64,000 nucleotides of DNA, taken from NCBI RefSeq assembly GCF_009914755.1, contig NC_060935.1. One strand, 5' to 3'. Below the pieces are notes generated by a model that saw only the letters and a list, made by a program, of their open reading frames with translations, had not been told where the DNA came from and made no database searches. Positions 25,900-37,784 of the stretch are shown one piece after another. The stretch is from the human T2T-CHM13v2.0 reference genome, Homo sapiens. A program made the position numbers and the translations under genes. Position 1 is the stretch's first letter. Every line of letters begins with the position of its first letter.

Positions 25900-26800
25900 G
25901 TTTTCCTTTATAAGGTACGTACTATTAGACTCTTAGAATATGGGTATCAGCCTGTGCCCAAAAATGTGCTTTTAAAATAGTTCGTCCTTCCAGTACATGT
26001 CAGGTTAACTGTGGTTCTTCCTAGTAAAGCTTTCTGGACTGATTCAAATTTTTAGCGTGAACATGGATTTGTGTATGTTCAACTTCCACTCTGAGATTCA
26101 GCTTCAGGCTTAGCCTCTTCTTGTCTCCTGGCTTCTGGATGAATATGACCATTGCTCAAGATATCTGCTTCAGGCAGAGTACTGTCACCACCTGGGCAAA
26201 GGTCAGACTGCATTTCAAGTCTGTGGTTAGCATACTAATTGCTTTGGTCCAACTCAATTTCTCTCTTTAAATGTCAGTTTGTTCTTTCATTAGGGAGTTA
26301 TGATTTTTGTTTTGTAATTATTCAATACCCTTCAGAGCCTTTTTTCTGTGAACAAAAAGCAGCCTTTGTCCTAGACTCATCTATAAAATTTATAAAATCT
26401 CAATCATTCGCTATTTCTGAAGATTGTTTTCTCAGGATAGCCCAGCTCTCTAAAGATGTTAATTCCTTTTTTACTCCGTTTATAATCAGATTTGCTTTTG
26501 ATACACCCTTGAATCCTATTGAAACTGTCTTCTGGGTTGTGTGTTTCCCTGAGGATGGAGAGGCAATCCTTTGGCAAACGTGTTGCCATTCCATCCTCTG
26601 TTCCCATCCCAAAACCGTGAGAGTTGCCAATTTCTTTCTTTCTTTTATCTTCTTGTTTCAAGAGAATCAGCTGGAGTACTCCACTTCACTTTCTCTCTCT
26701 TCTCCCCACCATTTTTACCACAAGATAGCTTTTATATCTGGTGGTTACATGATGAAGAATAAGCAATGAAGGCAAGATTGTGACATTTTAATTTTCTGGT
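25900..26800 (-). mobile_element. Probable decayed RTE-clade non-LTR retrotransposon, ORF2 3' end
   Basis: Minus-strand translation across frameshifts: IKAILW*KW…SEV…KIKERKK, HGFGM…RLPKDCL, GFKGVSKANL, LESWA, followed by degenerate Cys/His finger-like segments; collinear with the RTE C-terminal motif order. Confidence 0.55.
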
Positions 26801-27424
26801 ACATTCATCAACTTTTCATCTTTATTTCAGTGCTTTCTCTGGACTAGTACCAGGAAATTATTAGATATGCAAGAGCTGAAATTAATAATGGTATAAACTG
26901 AAAACCTACTCAAAAACACATCAGCAGAGCATCAGGGACGTGTGGGCACAGAGTCTCAATGACATGTAGAGAGCAAGGGTTGGATTAAATCCATGTAAAA
27001 AATTCTCACTGGGGTTTTCTAACCATCCCTTGTTTGATTTTTGAAAATATTTTTATTCAGGGCCTTGGAATCTTATGAAACAAAGAAATAGCTTGGCTGG
27101 CTTGACTCAAAATAAGCTTGTTATAGCCAAGTAACTCCTTCAAATCTAGATGAGGCAGAGGCCTCTCAGCAGCTTGGTGATGGCCTAAGAAAAATGAGCC
27201 AGGAGGTTTCTCTGGAAGGTGTTGACAAGGGTCCATGACAGGGAAACATTCATTGCAGTCAGCAGGCTGGCTGGCAGCTGTGGCCCATGGGCTGAAGATT
27301 GAATTGCCTCTAAGGCAAGTCCTGACTAGTTTCTCATCTTAAAGGATGGCTGGGCATCCCAGCAGAGTGAGATGGAGTTCAGTGTGGCTGTATCTCTGTG
27401 AGTAAAATACCAATGTGATTTAGC

Positions 27425-27965
27425 CTTCAGCGTACTCTGCTCCAATCAATTCTCTTCACTACAGCCAGAGTGATATTTTTAAAACAGAGAAATTGAATTG
27501 TGTTACTACCCTGATGAAAGTCTGAGCTCCTTCACACGGCCTGCAAGGCCTGCCGGAATCTAAAACTGGTAATATTTTATGAACAGCACACTAATGTCCA
27601 CAAAGAATCTGGCCCAAGCTTATTTTTCCAGTTTCATTTCAAATACGCAAAGCTCCTTTTTGTAATTAAGTCTTCTCAAACATTCTTTTCTGTCTGGTAG
27701 GTTATTGCTCTTCCCTTGGCCTGTTTCACTTCTGTTTCATGTCTCAGATGAACCATCACTACCAGAGAGAATCCTTCTCTGACTCTCTCAGAGTAGGTCA
27801 AATTCCTCTTGTTGAAAGATCTCACATCCTTGGTAGAATTTATTACACATTTTGCTCAATGCCTTGCCTGTCTGCGAGGTCTATGTGGCATTTTGTTCAT
27901 CAGTCCGCCTCTGGGCTTAGTAGAAGCCTAATTAATGTTCTTTGAATGTACATGACTAAATGATG
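27425..27965 (+). mobile_element. L2 3' region
   Basis: tctcttcactacagccagagtgatattttt…aaggcc…gaatctggccc…taatgttctttgaatg. Confidence 0.7.
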
Positions 27966-28119
27966 CTTTCCATTTCTAACTTGACAGACAAAAACTTTAG
28001 CCTCTATAGTTTCCCTACCTTCATTCTCTACCTGATGAATTCTTGCTCATCTTTCAAGATGAAGCGTAATTATATCCTTTCTTGAGATAACTTTTGTAGT
28101 CATTCTCTGCACCAATCAG

Positions 28120-28480
28120 GGAAGGCATGGTGGCTTAAGTCAACAAAGGCATATTTCTAGCTCATGCAACAGGTATATGGTGCTTGCTTATGCAACAGGT
28201 ATATGGTGGCTTGCTCCTCACTTGGGGGCCCAGGTTGAAAGAGTCTCCATGTCTTTGCTTCCATGGGTTACAAGGCAGAAACAAGAAAATGTGGTAAGCT
28301 GGATGCTGGCTCTTAATCTTTCCACTTAGAAGTGATATGCTTCCACTCAGATTTCATGATCAATCATGAGATTAATTTAAACCATGCTTAAATTTGAAAA
28401 GGATGGGGAAATACAATTGTGCTATGTGCCCAGAGAGTGGAAAACTGGTAATATTTTATGAACAACACACTAATGTCAAG
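28120..28480 (-). mobile_element. Old MLT1 (J/K/L-like) LTR, partial
   Basis: tggcttaagtcaacaaaggcatatttctagctcatgc…gaagtgata…ctatgtgcccaga…gaacaacacactaatg. Confidence 0.7.
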
Positions 28481-29134
28481 CAGCCCTCTCTAATACCTGG
28501 CTTCTCTTCTTGTTTCCAGCCTCTCACTTGTTATGCCTATTTTCACCCAACCTTTCATCGTCCTACCAAAGACCTTATAAGCAACAATAACTAAATCACT
28601 TCCAAAATCTTAATGTCACCATACTACTCTATGACTCCTTCTTTTAGTTTTCCATCTCTTGGATTCCAGTGGTCTGACTGTAATAATTCCTTGCCTTCAT
28701 CAGGATTCTTGGTGGAAGTTGAGTTCCCCAGGAAGCAACCTCTGTGGTTGGCCTGCAGGAAGTTGATTGCCTGAGTTATTTCACTGATTTCTGGTGTTTT
28801 GTTCTTATTTCATGGTTATGAAAGTCTTGCTAACTGTGGGTCTCCTTCTTAGATCTCAATGACCTCGCAATAACTTTTATTTATAGGCTGTCAGATCTTT
28901 AGCTCTGAAAAGAATCTGATGTTATTTCAATATATTTTATTAGGAAATAAATCAACTTACTTTTCTTTTAAGATAAATAGATTAATGAGTTTCCTAGTGA
29001 CTCAATGTAGCCATTTTTATCCTCGGTTTCTGTACATTAATAATATTAAAGCTCTAATGATTATTGTAATAGAAATACTGTATTTGACTAATCACCATTT
29101 TCAAGAAGCTTTCATGAAGTAAATAATAGTAAAT

Positions 29135-29450
29135 AACTTCTGAATTCAAATCCCAGGTCTAGCGTGTTCTAACAGGATGACTTTATGCCAGATATTTAAC
29201 TTCTCTAAGCCCCAGTTTTCTAGACTATAAAACGGGAGTAGTGTTTGTATTTTGCTCATGGGATTGCATATGGATTGAATTAGATAATATCTTTACAGAT
29301 ATAAAACATTGGGTTCAGAATTGACCATTGGGACAAAATGATGAGGATACTTGGACCCAGAGTAGTTGAATGCAAGTCATAGACTATTAATCAGCAGAAC
29401 CAGAACTAGAGCTCACATTTTCTGTCTTGGATTCCCATGATGTACTCATG
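29135..29450. mobile_element. MIR (+, about 29135-29300) followed by MIR (-, about 29320-29450)
   Basis: gaattcaaatcccagg…ttaacttctctaagccccagtttt; gcagaaccagaactagagctcaca. Confidence 0.55.
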
Positions 29451-30190
29451 TCCTTCTTTCTCTAACCATCACACACAAGCAGTCTGAGTAAAAGGAACAT
29501 AAATCTGTTTTTGAAAACAATCTCCAGAAAAGGCTAAACTCTGTGCTTAAGGTTGTAGGTTATTTTAATCCCTATCACGAACTTTTATGAGAAAGCAGGT
29601 GATGCTCTGAACTCCATCCCAAAAAGAACAAGACTTTTTGTTGAATCAGCCCATTATTCTATCACATGGGGAGGAGCTCCAGGTCAAAGGATGAGAGACA
29701 TTAATTTGCATCAGGCAACAGCAGTTGTCTATATTCATAGTACAACATGGGAGAAACTAGCTACACCATCATTTTGTAGCGTTTGAATTGAAGCATGTCT
29801 TAGTAAGACATACAAGCAGAGAGGGGCTGGATTCCCTTGATCCCTCTGATAAAAGCTATACCATGTACTGTGGACACCTAATAAATATTCATTGATATCG
29901 ACTTAGTGGACACAGAACTCCTTGAATTTGGACATTTAAAAAGAGTATTCTCCTTGGTAAGAAACTAATAGTTGTAAATTCATTCTTCATACTTCTTGGG
30001 CTCTTACCTGTTTTGTCTCACCATGCATCGTTCTGGAAACACTTTCAGCTCAGGATGGGATCTAACGTACCAAGCTGAATTTTCACCTAAGCTTTTGTGT
30101 TTAATGCATGTTACTTTTTCTCTTGGCTTCTATGGACATTTATCTTTTTTAATTTATCTGCAAAATGATTACACTGTTGTTCCATTATTT

Positions 30191-30226
30191 TGCTAACCAT
30201 GATCTTACTTATTTTTTTTCCTTCAG
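30191..30226 (+). promoter_or_regulatory. NELL1: Branch point, polypyrimidine tract and 3' splice site of the NELL1 exon
   Basis: tgctaac at 30191-30197 (branch A about 30 nt upstream of the AG), then a T-rich tract ending in ttcag with no intervening AG. Confidence 0.85.
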
Positions 30227-30352
30227 ATATTGATGAGTGTGCAGCTAAGATGCATTACTGTCATGCCAATACTGTGTGTGTCAACCTTCCTGGGTTATAT
30301 CGCTGTGACTGTGTCCCAGGATACATTCGTGTGGATGACTTCTCTTGTACAG
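30227..30352 (+). CDS. NELL1: Internal coding exon of NELL1 (neural EGFL-like 1) encoding a calcium-binding EGF-like domain (second EGF repeat, about exon 13); 126 bp, phase 1-1
   Basis: Acceptor ttttttttccttcag|AT and donor ACAG|gtgagc. Translation (G)AT ATT GAT GAG TGT... gives DIDECAAKMHYCHANTVCVNLPGLYRCDCVPGYIRVDDFSCT(E): six cysteines, D-I-D-E calcium motif, beta-hydroxylation consensus C-x-N-x4-Y-x-C (CVNLPGLYRC). The peptide is recognised from memory as NELL1. This frame is not in the ORF track. Confidence 0.95.
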
Positions 30353-31966
30353 GTGAGCTTTAAGAAGCAGTGTTGTTTTTTTAATTCATCCATTCTCTGC
30401 ACCATGTCTGTGTTATTATGTTTAATTCCTAGTGCACAAAGTACTATTTTTATCTAAATAGTTCTTCTCTTTATTACTTCACCCCACCTTTTGAGAAAAA
30501 AGCAATAATAAATAAATTATCTGCATAATTGATTTCCACTCCCAATATTTCTGCCTCTGTGTGTGTGCTTGCATACATGGGTGTGTGATTTGAAACTGAA
30601 GTCCCAGTTGCCAATAGTAACACTGAGGGAGTTAGATATACTAGTTCTAAAAATAGAAAGTATCAATTATTTTCGTTGCATCATGATGAGGTGTTTTTGT
30701 AGATAAGAAAATGTACTTTGTTCCCACTGGGAAAGACAAGGATTAAATTTAAAGAGGTGACAGGGAGTACTTGGTGGTCAAAGTTTAGGTATATGGGAGC
30801 TGGTCGAAACTGTATTTAATTAATATATGCTTGTTGTCTGTGTCCCACCTCTTTCTATATCCCTTAGCACTACAGTGGTCACTGACTCTGTTGGAGTAGC
30901 GCTGGTTTTATGGGGCATTTGGTTTGGCTTTCCAGTATATTTTCAATCATGTACATACAGACATGAACAGTAAATTGGATAAGGGTGGTAGAAGATTCCA
31001 AGTTTTTCTTCTCTTGGACCAAATGTGTTTAAATACTAAATCTGTAAGTTATAAGAAAAGGGTCCCTTGAACCCAAGATTTCAATCATGTTGTAACTTTT
31101 CCTGATGTCTGCATCTTTCTCTTTGTTCCAATCACGTTGGTATATAAAAAGTGGATTCTTTACTCAGAATATAATACCGCTATTTTTAATGTACTTTTTT
31201 TTTCTGAATGACCTTTTCAGAAGTGCAAAAAGTTGCAAAAGTTAAGGGCACATGTTAGTATGTCCAAATTTCTTTGCCAGTGATGTCTATTTATAAGTTA
31301 CTATTCTTTGGGTGAAGGGCTGGAGAGTTCAGATTGACACAGGTTTCTGAGGACCACATAAAGTCACATCTCACTTATCTGTCTTTTACATATTATAATT
31401 AATACTCTTAGGAAAAGAAGAGAGAGACTGCATAAACATAGTGCGCTAGGATTTCAGTGTTTTAAAGGATCAAAACTTTTTCGGACCAATAAACAAACAC
31501 TTTCTAAAAAGCTGTAAAGTTACAGGGCCTATCAATCTGTTCTTAATACTAAATGTGGCTCTTAACGTCTTTTAACCCTAAGATTAGAAGAAGGCAGTGA
31601 ATATCCTCCTAGCCCAAGAGCACCATATTATGCAACTTAATAAACATTAATTAAAGCCCTGCTGTGTGGAAGACCTTGTTGAAATTCTACCAGAATGCTT
31701 GACTTTGCTCGGATTTCCTCACTGAGAAAGGAAGGCAAGAGCTGGCACTTGTCGAATGCCTTAATAGGATAGGCGCTCTGTCTGGTGGTTTATATATGGA
31801 ACAAGATGGAAAATGTGTTATCTTAAGAACTGGCTCCACAATTACTTTTAGAAAGGGAACTATGTGGTTTGGAATAAAAGGTAACAGTGTGGGTATCAGT
31901 GGGCACCCAAGTGCCCTTCTCCCCCCTACACAGGAAAGAGTAAGGCTCTGCAGGAAAAGTCTACAT

Positions 31967-31970
<4 letters not shown>

Positions 31971-32010
<40 letters not shown>
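31971..32010 (+). repeat. (CA)20 microsatellite
   Basis: Direct reading. Confidence 0.98.
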
Positions 32011-32014
<4 letters not shown>

Positions 32015-32559
32015 TTTTTGTTTTGTTGTGTGTGTGCCTAAGAGGGAACACAAAAGACAGAACAAAAGAGAGAAAGAAAGGAGGGGAGAGGAACCAGTCA
32101 GAGAACAGAAGGTTGGGTGCTGTGGAGGACAGAGGGCTGGTGAAAACCACCCAATAGTAGGATAGCTGAAAGGATTTTTAAGAGAAGAAATATTTTATGT
32201 GAGTTTTTTTTTATTGTTTTGCCATACAGTATGCTATGTGAGTTTTCCTTCTTACCCTCAAATCTTCAATAAAGTCTTCCCACCCTGAATGCCTCATGAG
32301 AACCGCCCTCCCTCCCCTATTAGAATGTAAGTTCACATGGTGGACAACAGAAAGGATACCAGTGCATTTAGGATGTGGGGACCACAGAGGTAACCATTAT
32401 CAAGTAACCATTGTTACAGTTCTTTCTGCTGCCCCCACCAACATACACTTACTAATATACACACACATCATTATCATCACTGCCTCCTCTCAGGAATTTC
32501 AGAAATCTTGATGAGGACTGTGGATTTTCATAGGTCACAAAATAGGTGAGGTTTTTTTT

Positions 32560-34082
32560 TCTTTAAAAAGCCTTCCTTTGATCCCAGATTTCTTTCAACC
32601 TGCTTCCCTATTTTTCTGCTTTTCCTCACAACAAAACTTCTTAATTTGCCTGTGGTTATTGTCCTCACCTTACATTTATTCAGCTCACATATGCTCCTCA
32701 CCTCTCTCCAGTCAGACTTCCATACTCACCATTCTGCAGAGGATACATTTATCAAGGCCATTTATGAACTCTGTTTTGCTAAAGCCAGTGTTCTTATCTC
32801 AGCAGCATTTAGCAGGGCTGACCACACCTTGCTCTTTAAAGCACATGTTTTCTTGGCTTTTGTGCCATCCTATTTCCTGGTTTTCCCTCTTTGTCACTTG
32901 TCACTCTTGCCCAATGTCCCCAGCTATTCTTGTGCTGCTGACTTCTGAAAGGTTAGAGTACCCTCCGGTTCTATCCTGGTCCCCTTCCCCTGTTTACCTA
33001 TAGGTTCTTTTTAGATGCCTTCATCAATCTTAGAGCTTTAATAGTATCTTTATGTCAACAACTCCTAAATGTATCGCTCCAGTTCCAATCTTTTTTCTGA
33101 ACTTCTGAATTATATATTCAACTTGACATGTACACATAGATGCTTAGTAGGAATTTCATGCTTAACATGGATAAGACAGAACTTGATTTCTTTCCACTTC
33201 TACAAACCTCCTTCTCTCCCAACTTCTCCCATTCCAGCAAAAGCACCATTTACCCAATTTTTCTAGCCAAAAATGTAGAGATAACTCCTTCCTCTCCCCA
33301 GGGGTTACACTTGATCACCCCTCCAATTTCAATCCATGCATCTGTCTTGTTGATGCTACCCTTTACGTCTTGTCCTAAGTCCATCCACTTCTGTCTATAT
33401 CACCTATTACCATCTTAGTGGACTTCAGCCATGGCCATCACATTGGACTTTCTGTTCCAGTCTTGTTCCATCATAACCCATTCTTCACATAGCAGACAGA
33501 GCAATTTTTTTAAAAAGAGAAATCATACAACTCTACTTAAAACTTTGATCTAGTGTCTCATTACATGGAAAATCAAATCCCTGTTTCTTATTTCAATATA
33601 TAACCCTATATAGTTTTCCTTCTTTCCCTTCTGTCTTTTACCGTTTCTTTCCTTGTCCATTATGACATGGCCATGCTGACCTTTGTCTTTTTCTCCATGT
33701 AACAAGCTTGTTTCTGTTTGTTAAGACCTTTGCATGAGCTATTGCCCTTTTATGGAAGTCTTTTTCCTCTTGATATTTGTGTATTGAGCTCTCTTCTCAT
33801 TTACCTCTTAGCCTAAGCCTCAGAGAGGCTTTCCATGATCAATATAAATAGCCACTCTGTTGTTTTCTGTCATACCACCTGATTTTAGTTCTCTGAGTAA
33901 TACATATTATTATCTGGAATTTTCTTATGTATAAATGATTCTTTTATCTGTCTCTTTCCACTAGAATGTAAACTCTTGAGAGCAGGGGCCTTTTTCCTTT
34001 TGTTCTCTACTATACCTTGACTACTTAGAACATTACCTGGCACAAAGCAGTGCTCAATAAACATTTGTTGAATGAAATAATG
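32560..34082 (+). mobile_element. L2 (L2a-like), about 1.5 kb, from the reverse-transcriptase remnant to the 3' tail
   Basis: ORF 32646-32948 contains QSDFHTHHSAEDTF…ISAAFSRADHTLL (L2 QSGFRPHHSTETAL…LSAAFDTVDH); YVNNS*MY resembles YADDSQIY near 33050; tail ctagaatgtaaactcttgagagcagg…ctcaataaacatttgttgaatgaa. Confidence 0.9.
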
Positions 34083-34217
34083 CATAAAGCTACTTGACTT
34101 TGGGCAAATTTTTCACTTTTGAAAACCTCATTTATAAAATATTGCTCACATCTGTCGTACCCACAGGTTATAGTGAACGTCAACTAATATATGTGAAAGT
34201 ATTTATCATAGCACTTT

Positions 34218-34625
34218 TATCAGTAAGGATAGGATGTTCTGTAGGATGTTCAGAACATTCTATTGGATGTTCTAAATATAAGTGACTTAAGATAAATTTT
34301 ATTTTTTGCTTATGCTATTTGTCTATCTCTGATCAACAGAGGCGTTCTGCATACCATATTCACTTTGGGATGCAAGCTGTTGGAATGGTCACTATAGTGA
34401 ACATTTCCAATCATCAAGACAGGGAAAAGAGATCCTGGAGGCCCTCCATCAGCCATTAAATGTTCTGACCAGGAAGTGACACAAATCACATCTACTTATA
34501 ACTCATTGACTAGAACTAATCACTAGTTCCATCCATCCACAAAGGGATGAGAAAATACTGTCCTACCTCATGCCTGGAATGGTAGAGGACCAGAAACATT
34601 TGGCAAATGGTACCCATGCCTATAT
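34218..34625 (-). mobile_element. Old MLT1 LTR inserted in a MIR (about 34085-34670)
   Basis: attaaatgttctgaccaggaagtgacacaaatcacatctacttataactcattgactagaac. Confidence 0.7.
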
Positions 34626-37600
34626 AGTGAGTGATACTAACAGATTGCCAACAAATATGGTTTATTTTGACATGAGTAGCTGTTGATTAGGATAACCTTT
34701 TTTCAACAGCAGTTCATAAGCTATGTAGGTATTCTCAAAAATTAATTACAATATTAGGCACATTGTATTAAGTGCTATGATAGAAATGCAAGCAAAATAC
34801 AATGAAAAATGGCCCTTGATTGCCAAGATGAAGTGTTTGAAATGTTTTCTGAAAGCAATGGGGGGCTGTGGGAATTGACTGAGGCATGCTAGCATGCAAT
34901 GACTATACTATGTTAGGGATTTACAATGGGGAATATGGATGGGAGACAGGAGACAGGAGGAGAGCCTCTAGGCCAGATTCAAGGACCTTCATTAGACGCT
35001 TTCATAGTAAGCTTGAGTCTTTGGAATGCTGACATTTATTTTGTGTCCTGAAAATAAGCTTGTTAGACCAAACGTGCTCTGTACTCTCCAAGATATATTA
35101 TGTCCCCACCCATAACCTCTGCCATTTTTTATAGGCAAAGAAGACTTCCTTCCCTTAGTGGTCATTTGCCTGTGTAATAAATGAGGTGTATGATAGATAT
35201 CTGCCACTATAAAATGTCTTTTCAAATGTTTCATTGCCAGATGATTATTTGTTGGGAGAAATTGACAGGCCTAAAGGCATTCCTTTATTTGACTCCGGAT
35301 CCTGATATAGCATTTCCATTATTGACATTCCTTATTTCCAAAGACCATTCTAGTCTCTTCTCAAATCAATCAGTACCTGCTGACGCTGTTCAGCTGGTTT
35401 TATAACCATGTCAAGGTCATATTTTTTTCCTTTCTTTTGCTGTTTTATGTCATTTAGCTTTGCTACTCAGTTTTTAGAAGTCAGTAGTCATACTGAAAAA
35501 TTCTATTCAACCAAAAATAGGAAGCCTAAAGTTAAAGAAGATATATCAGCTTTGGTGATTCATTGATTTATTGGATGATTGATTAATTAATTATTTTACT
35601 ATGTATGAAATATTCAGTTAGTGTCTGTCACAAGTGTTATAAAAGATAGTCACCAAGATTATTAAAAAATAATGTCTGTGCCAAGGGGTTCATGGTTTGT
35701 TAATTAGGCAATATCTTCAAATGAGAAAACTCAAATGTTCATTCACCATCAAAAATATTGCTTGCCAAATCAATCCCTCTTTGAAATCTTAGTAGTTTAG
35801 TTTAGTATTGGATGTTTCACCCTGTGGTAGTTATTACTACTTGACAAGTTTTAAAGAAGGAAAACCAAACTAGTCTTTCCCAATTCTGTGCTGACAGCCA
35901 TGGTCCTTTCAGAAGACTACACCTGAGACAGTGGATGCTAAGCATGATGGAGGAGAAAGGCAATGCATTACACAGAACAGGAAACTTTAGCTCTTACCCA
36001 ACATTTTTCTTGCTAAAAATTGAAAAAAAAAAAAAAAGGATTATATATATGGGATAATAAAGCTCCAAGAGTTCAACATTGAGAATAATTATCTAGAGCT
36101 TAAAAGTGTGCTGTAACTTAATCTTTACCTCCCTGGGGACTGGGGTTTCCCTGACATGAGTATGTGTTATATATGGAGCTCTGTACTTTTTTGTAGGGAA
36201 GTCTCCCTTGGCCTTTGAAAGGGTGAAATCTAAAACATTTGGCCTTTGACCCTTGGGGGAGTTTTTAGCCTTGGAATTTTCGTGTGGATTGAAATTGCGT
36301 TGTTTCTTGTAAGAGATCCCTTAGTTGCTCTTGCTCTTTTATGAATTTTGAAACTGGAAGAGGTCCCTGAAATGGAGGTGTTACAGGGAGGAGGGGTTTT
36401 TCTTCTCTCCCCCGTATGCTTTTGGTTTTTGGAATAGTCAACCAGCTTGATTTATTGGCCTCTGACTTTCATTTATCCCCAACTAAACTCCCCGTGTTTC
36501 TGGCTGTTTGATAAGACATTATCATTAGATACGCAGGCAGTTTTAAAGGAGGATATTTGTGATTTACAACAAAAGCATGCAGCGATAAGACAGATACTTC
36601 ACAGTAACGGGTAGGCATTCATTTTTATGCCAAAAGCTTCCCATGAAGGTAAGAAATAAAGGGAACAAGTGAGATAACAAATATCCCATGTGATCTCTAT
36701 TACCTTGCTAAAAGGATTTTTATTTTCTTGATATTGGCATGGAAGAAACCTTAAAGGAAGTTTATGTTTGAAATAGAGAAAACTTAAAGACTTAGATATA
36801 ATAGCCTATTAATTTAATGGTTTGAATTAAGTACACTATAATGAAAAGAGATTAGACAACAGTTTAAATGCCTTAAAAGTAATAGTTAGTTGTTAGAAAT
36901 GTCAGGCTAGGTCTCTGGAATATGCTTTACTCCCATGATGAACTATACAAATATTTTTGATGAAATTTTATTATAATTTTGGTCAATTATATTGATGAAA
37001 TAGAGAATATTTTCAAATATGAGATATCTGATATTTTCTCATTTAGCAGAGCCACATGAAATGGAACTAAAACAGAACATTCCGCAACCTGATTAAGCAA
37101 AATGGCAAATTTTCCACGGATCATCATTATCTTTCAGGCCCATACCATGTACTTGTGTCAGAATGCTTGTCCTTGTTTACCGTAGGCTGTGTGGCAGCAT
37201 TAAGGGACAAGTTACAGGACAATTGCTTGGCTTTCAGTCTCAGCAGAGGTGATACATTTATAAGAATGAAACAGGTCACAGGCCTCTAGACTATTTTACT
37301 TTAGTAAAAATATGCTCTATGAAATGCTTTATAGAATGCAAAGCTACTTTTTGCTTGTTAAAGATAACCAGAAACTATTTATTGATATATTGAACAAGAA
37401 AAGTCAAAATAAAGCATGTGCTACTACTTTTGCATATTTCAAAACCAACCTAGAAGGTCTGATGATAGTTATTTATCTGTTGTTTTCATTTGTATGGCTG
37501 GAATTTCTCTCTTTTTTTCTTCCTTTCATATAAATAGATAATTGGCTCTGTAACCCTCCTTCCCTACGCCCTCAGAGGAGGAATGCTACTGTACCAAAAG

Positions 37601-37629
37601 CAGGATTCCAAAATCCTAATTCTTTATGG

Positions 37630-37784
37630 CAGAGATTCCCAATTCTCACCTCAGGGTTGAATCACTTGGAATCTGGGATCTATCCCCAGAGATTTTGATT
37701 TTTGGCTGTTCTGGGGTTGGGACCCAGCTTTGGTGGGCTTGTTTAAAAGTAATTCTAATGTCCAGTCAAGGTCAAGAGCCACTG
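37630..37784. mobile_element. MER5-family hAT-Charlie MITE
   Basis: cagagattcccaa…gaatcacttgg…ccccagagattttgatt…aattctaatg…aagagccactg; flanks ctttatgg / ctttagca. Confidence 0.75.

Noticed and set aside
26239-26769. 176-aa plus-strand ORF as a novel gene or NELL1 exon
   Set aside because: Non-ATG start, F/S/L-rich composition and no convincing splice sites; best explained as the antisense shadow of the decayed minus-strand retroelement.
30230-30457. 75-aa ORF overlapping the exon
   Set aside because: Wrong frame; the real reading frame is set by the splice sites and encodes the EGF domain.
31224-32416. Short local duplications (tgcaaaaagt x2, tatgtgagtttt x2, gtaaccatt x2; also tcttaggtat x2 near 51900)
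   Set aside because: 9-12 bp repeats at short range are ordinary slippage products or chance in AT-rich DNA.
32578-33418. ORFs with reverse-transcriptase-like words
   Set aside because: Decayed L2 ORF2; the catalytic YADD motif is degenerate and interrupted by a stop.
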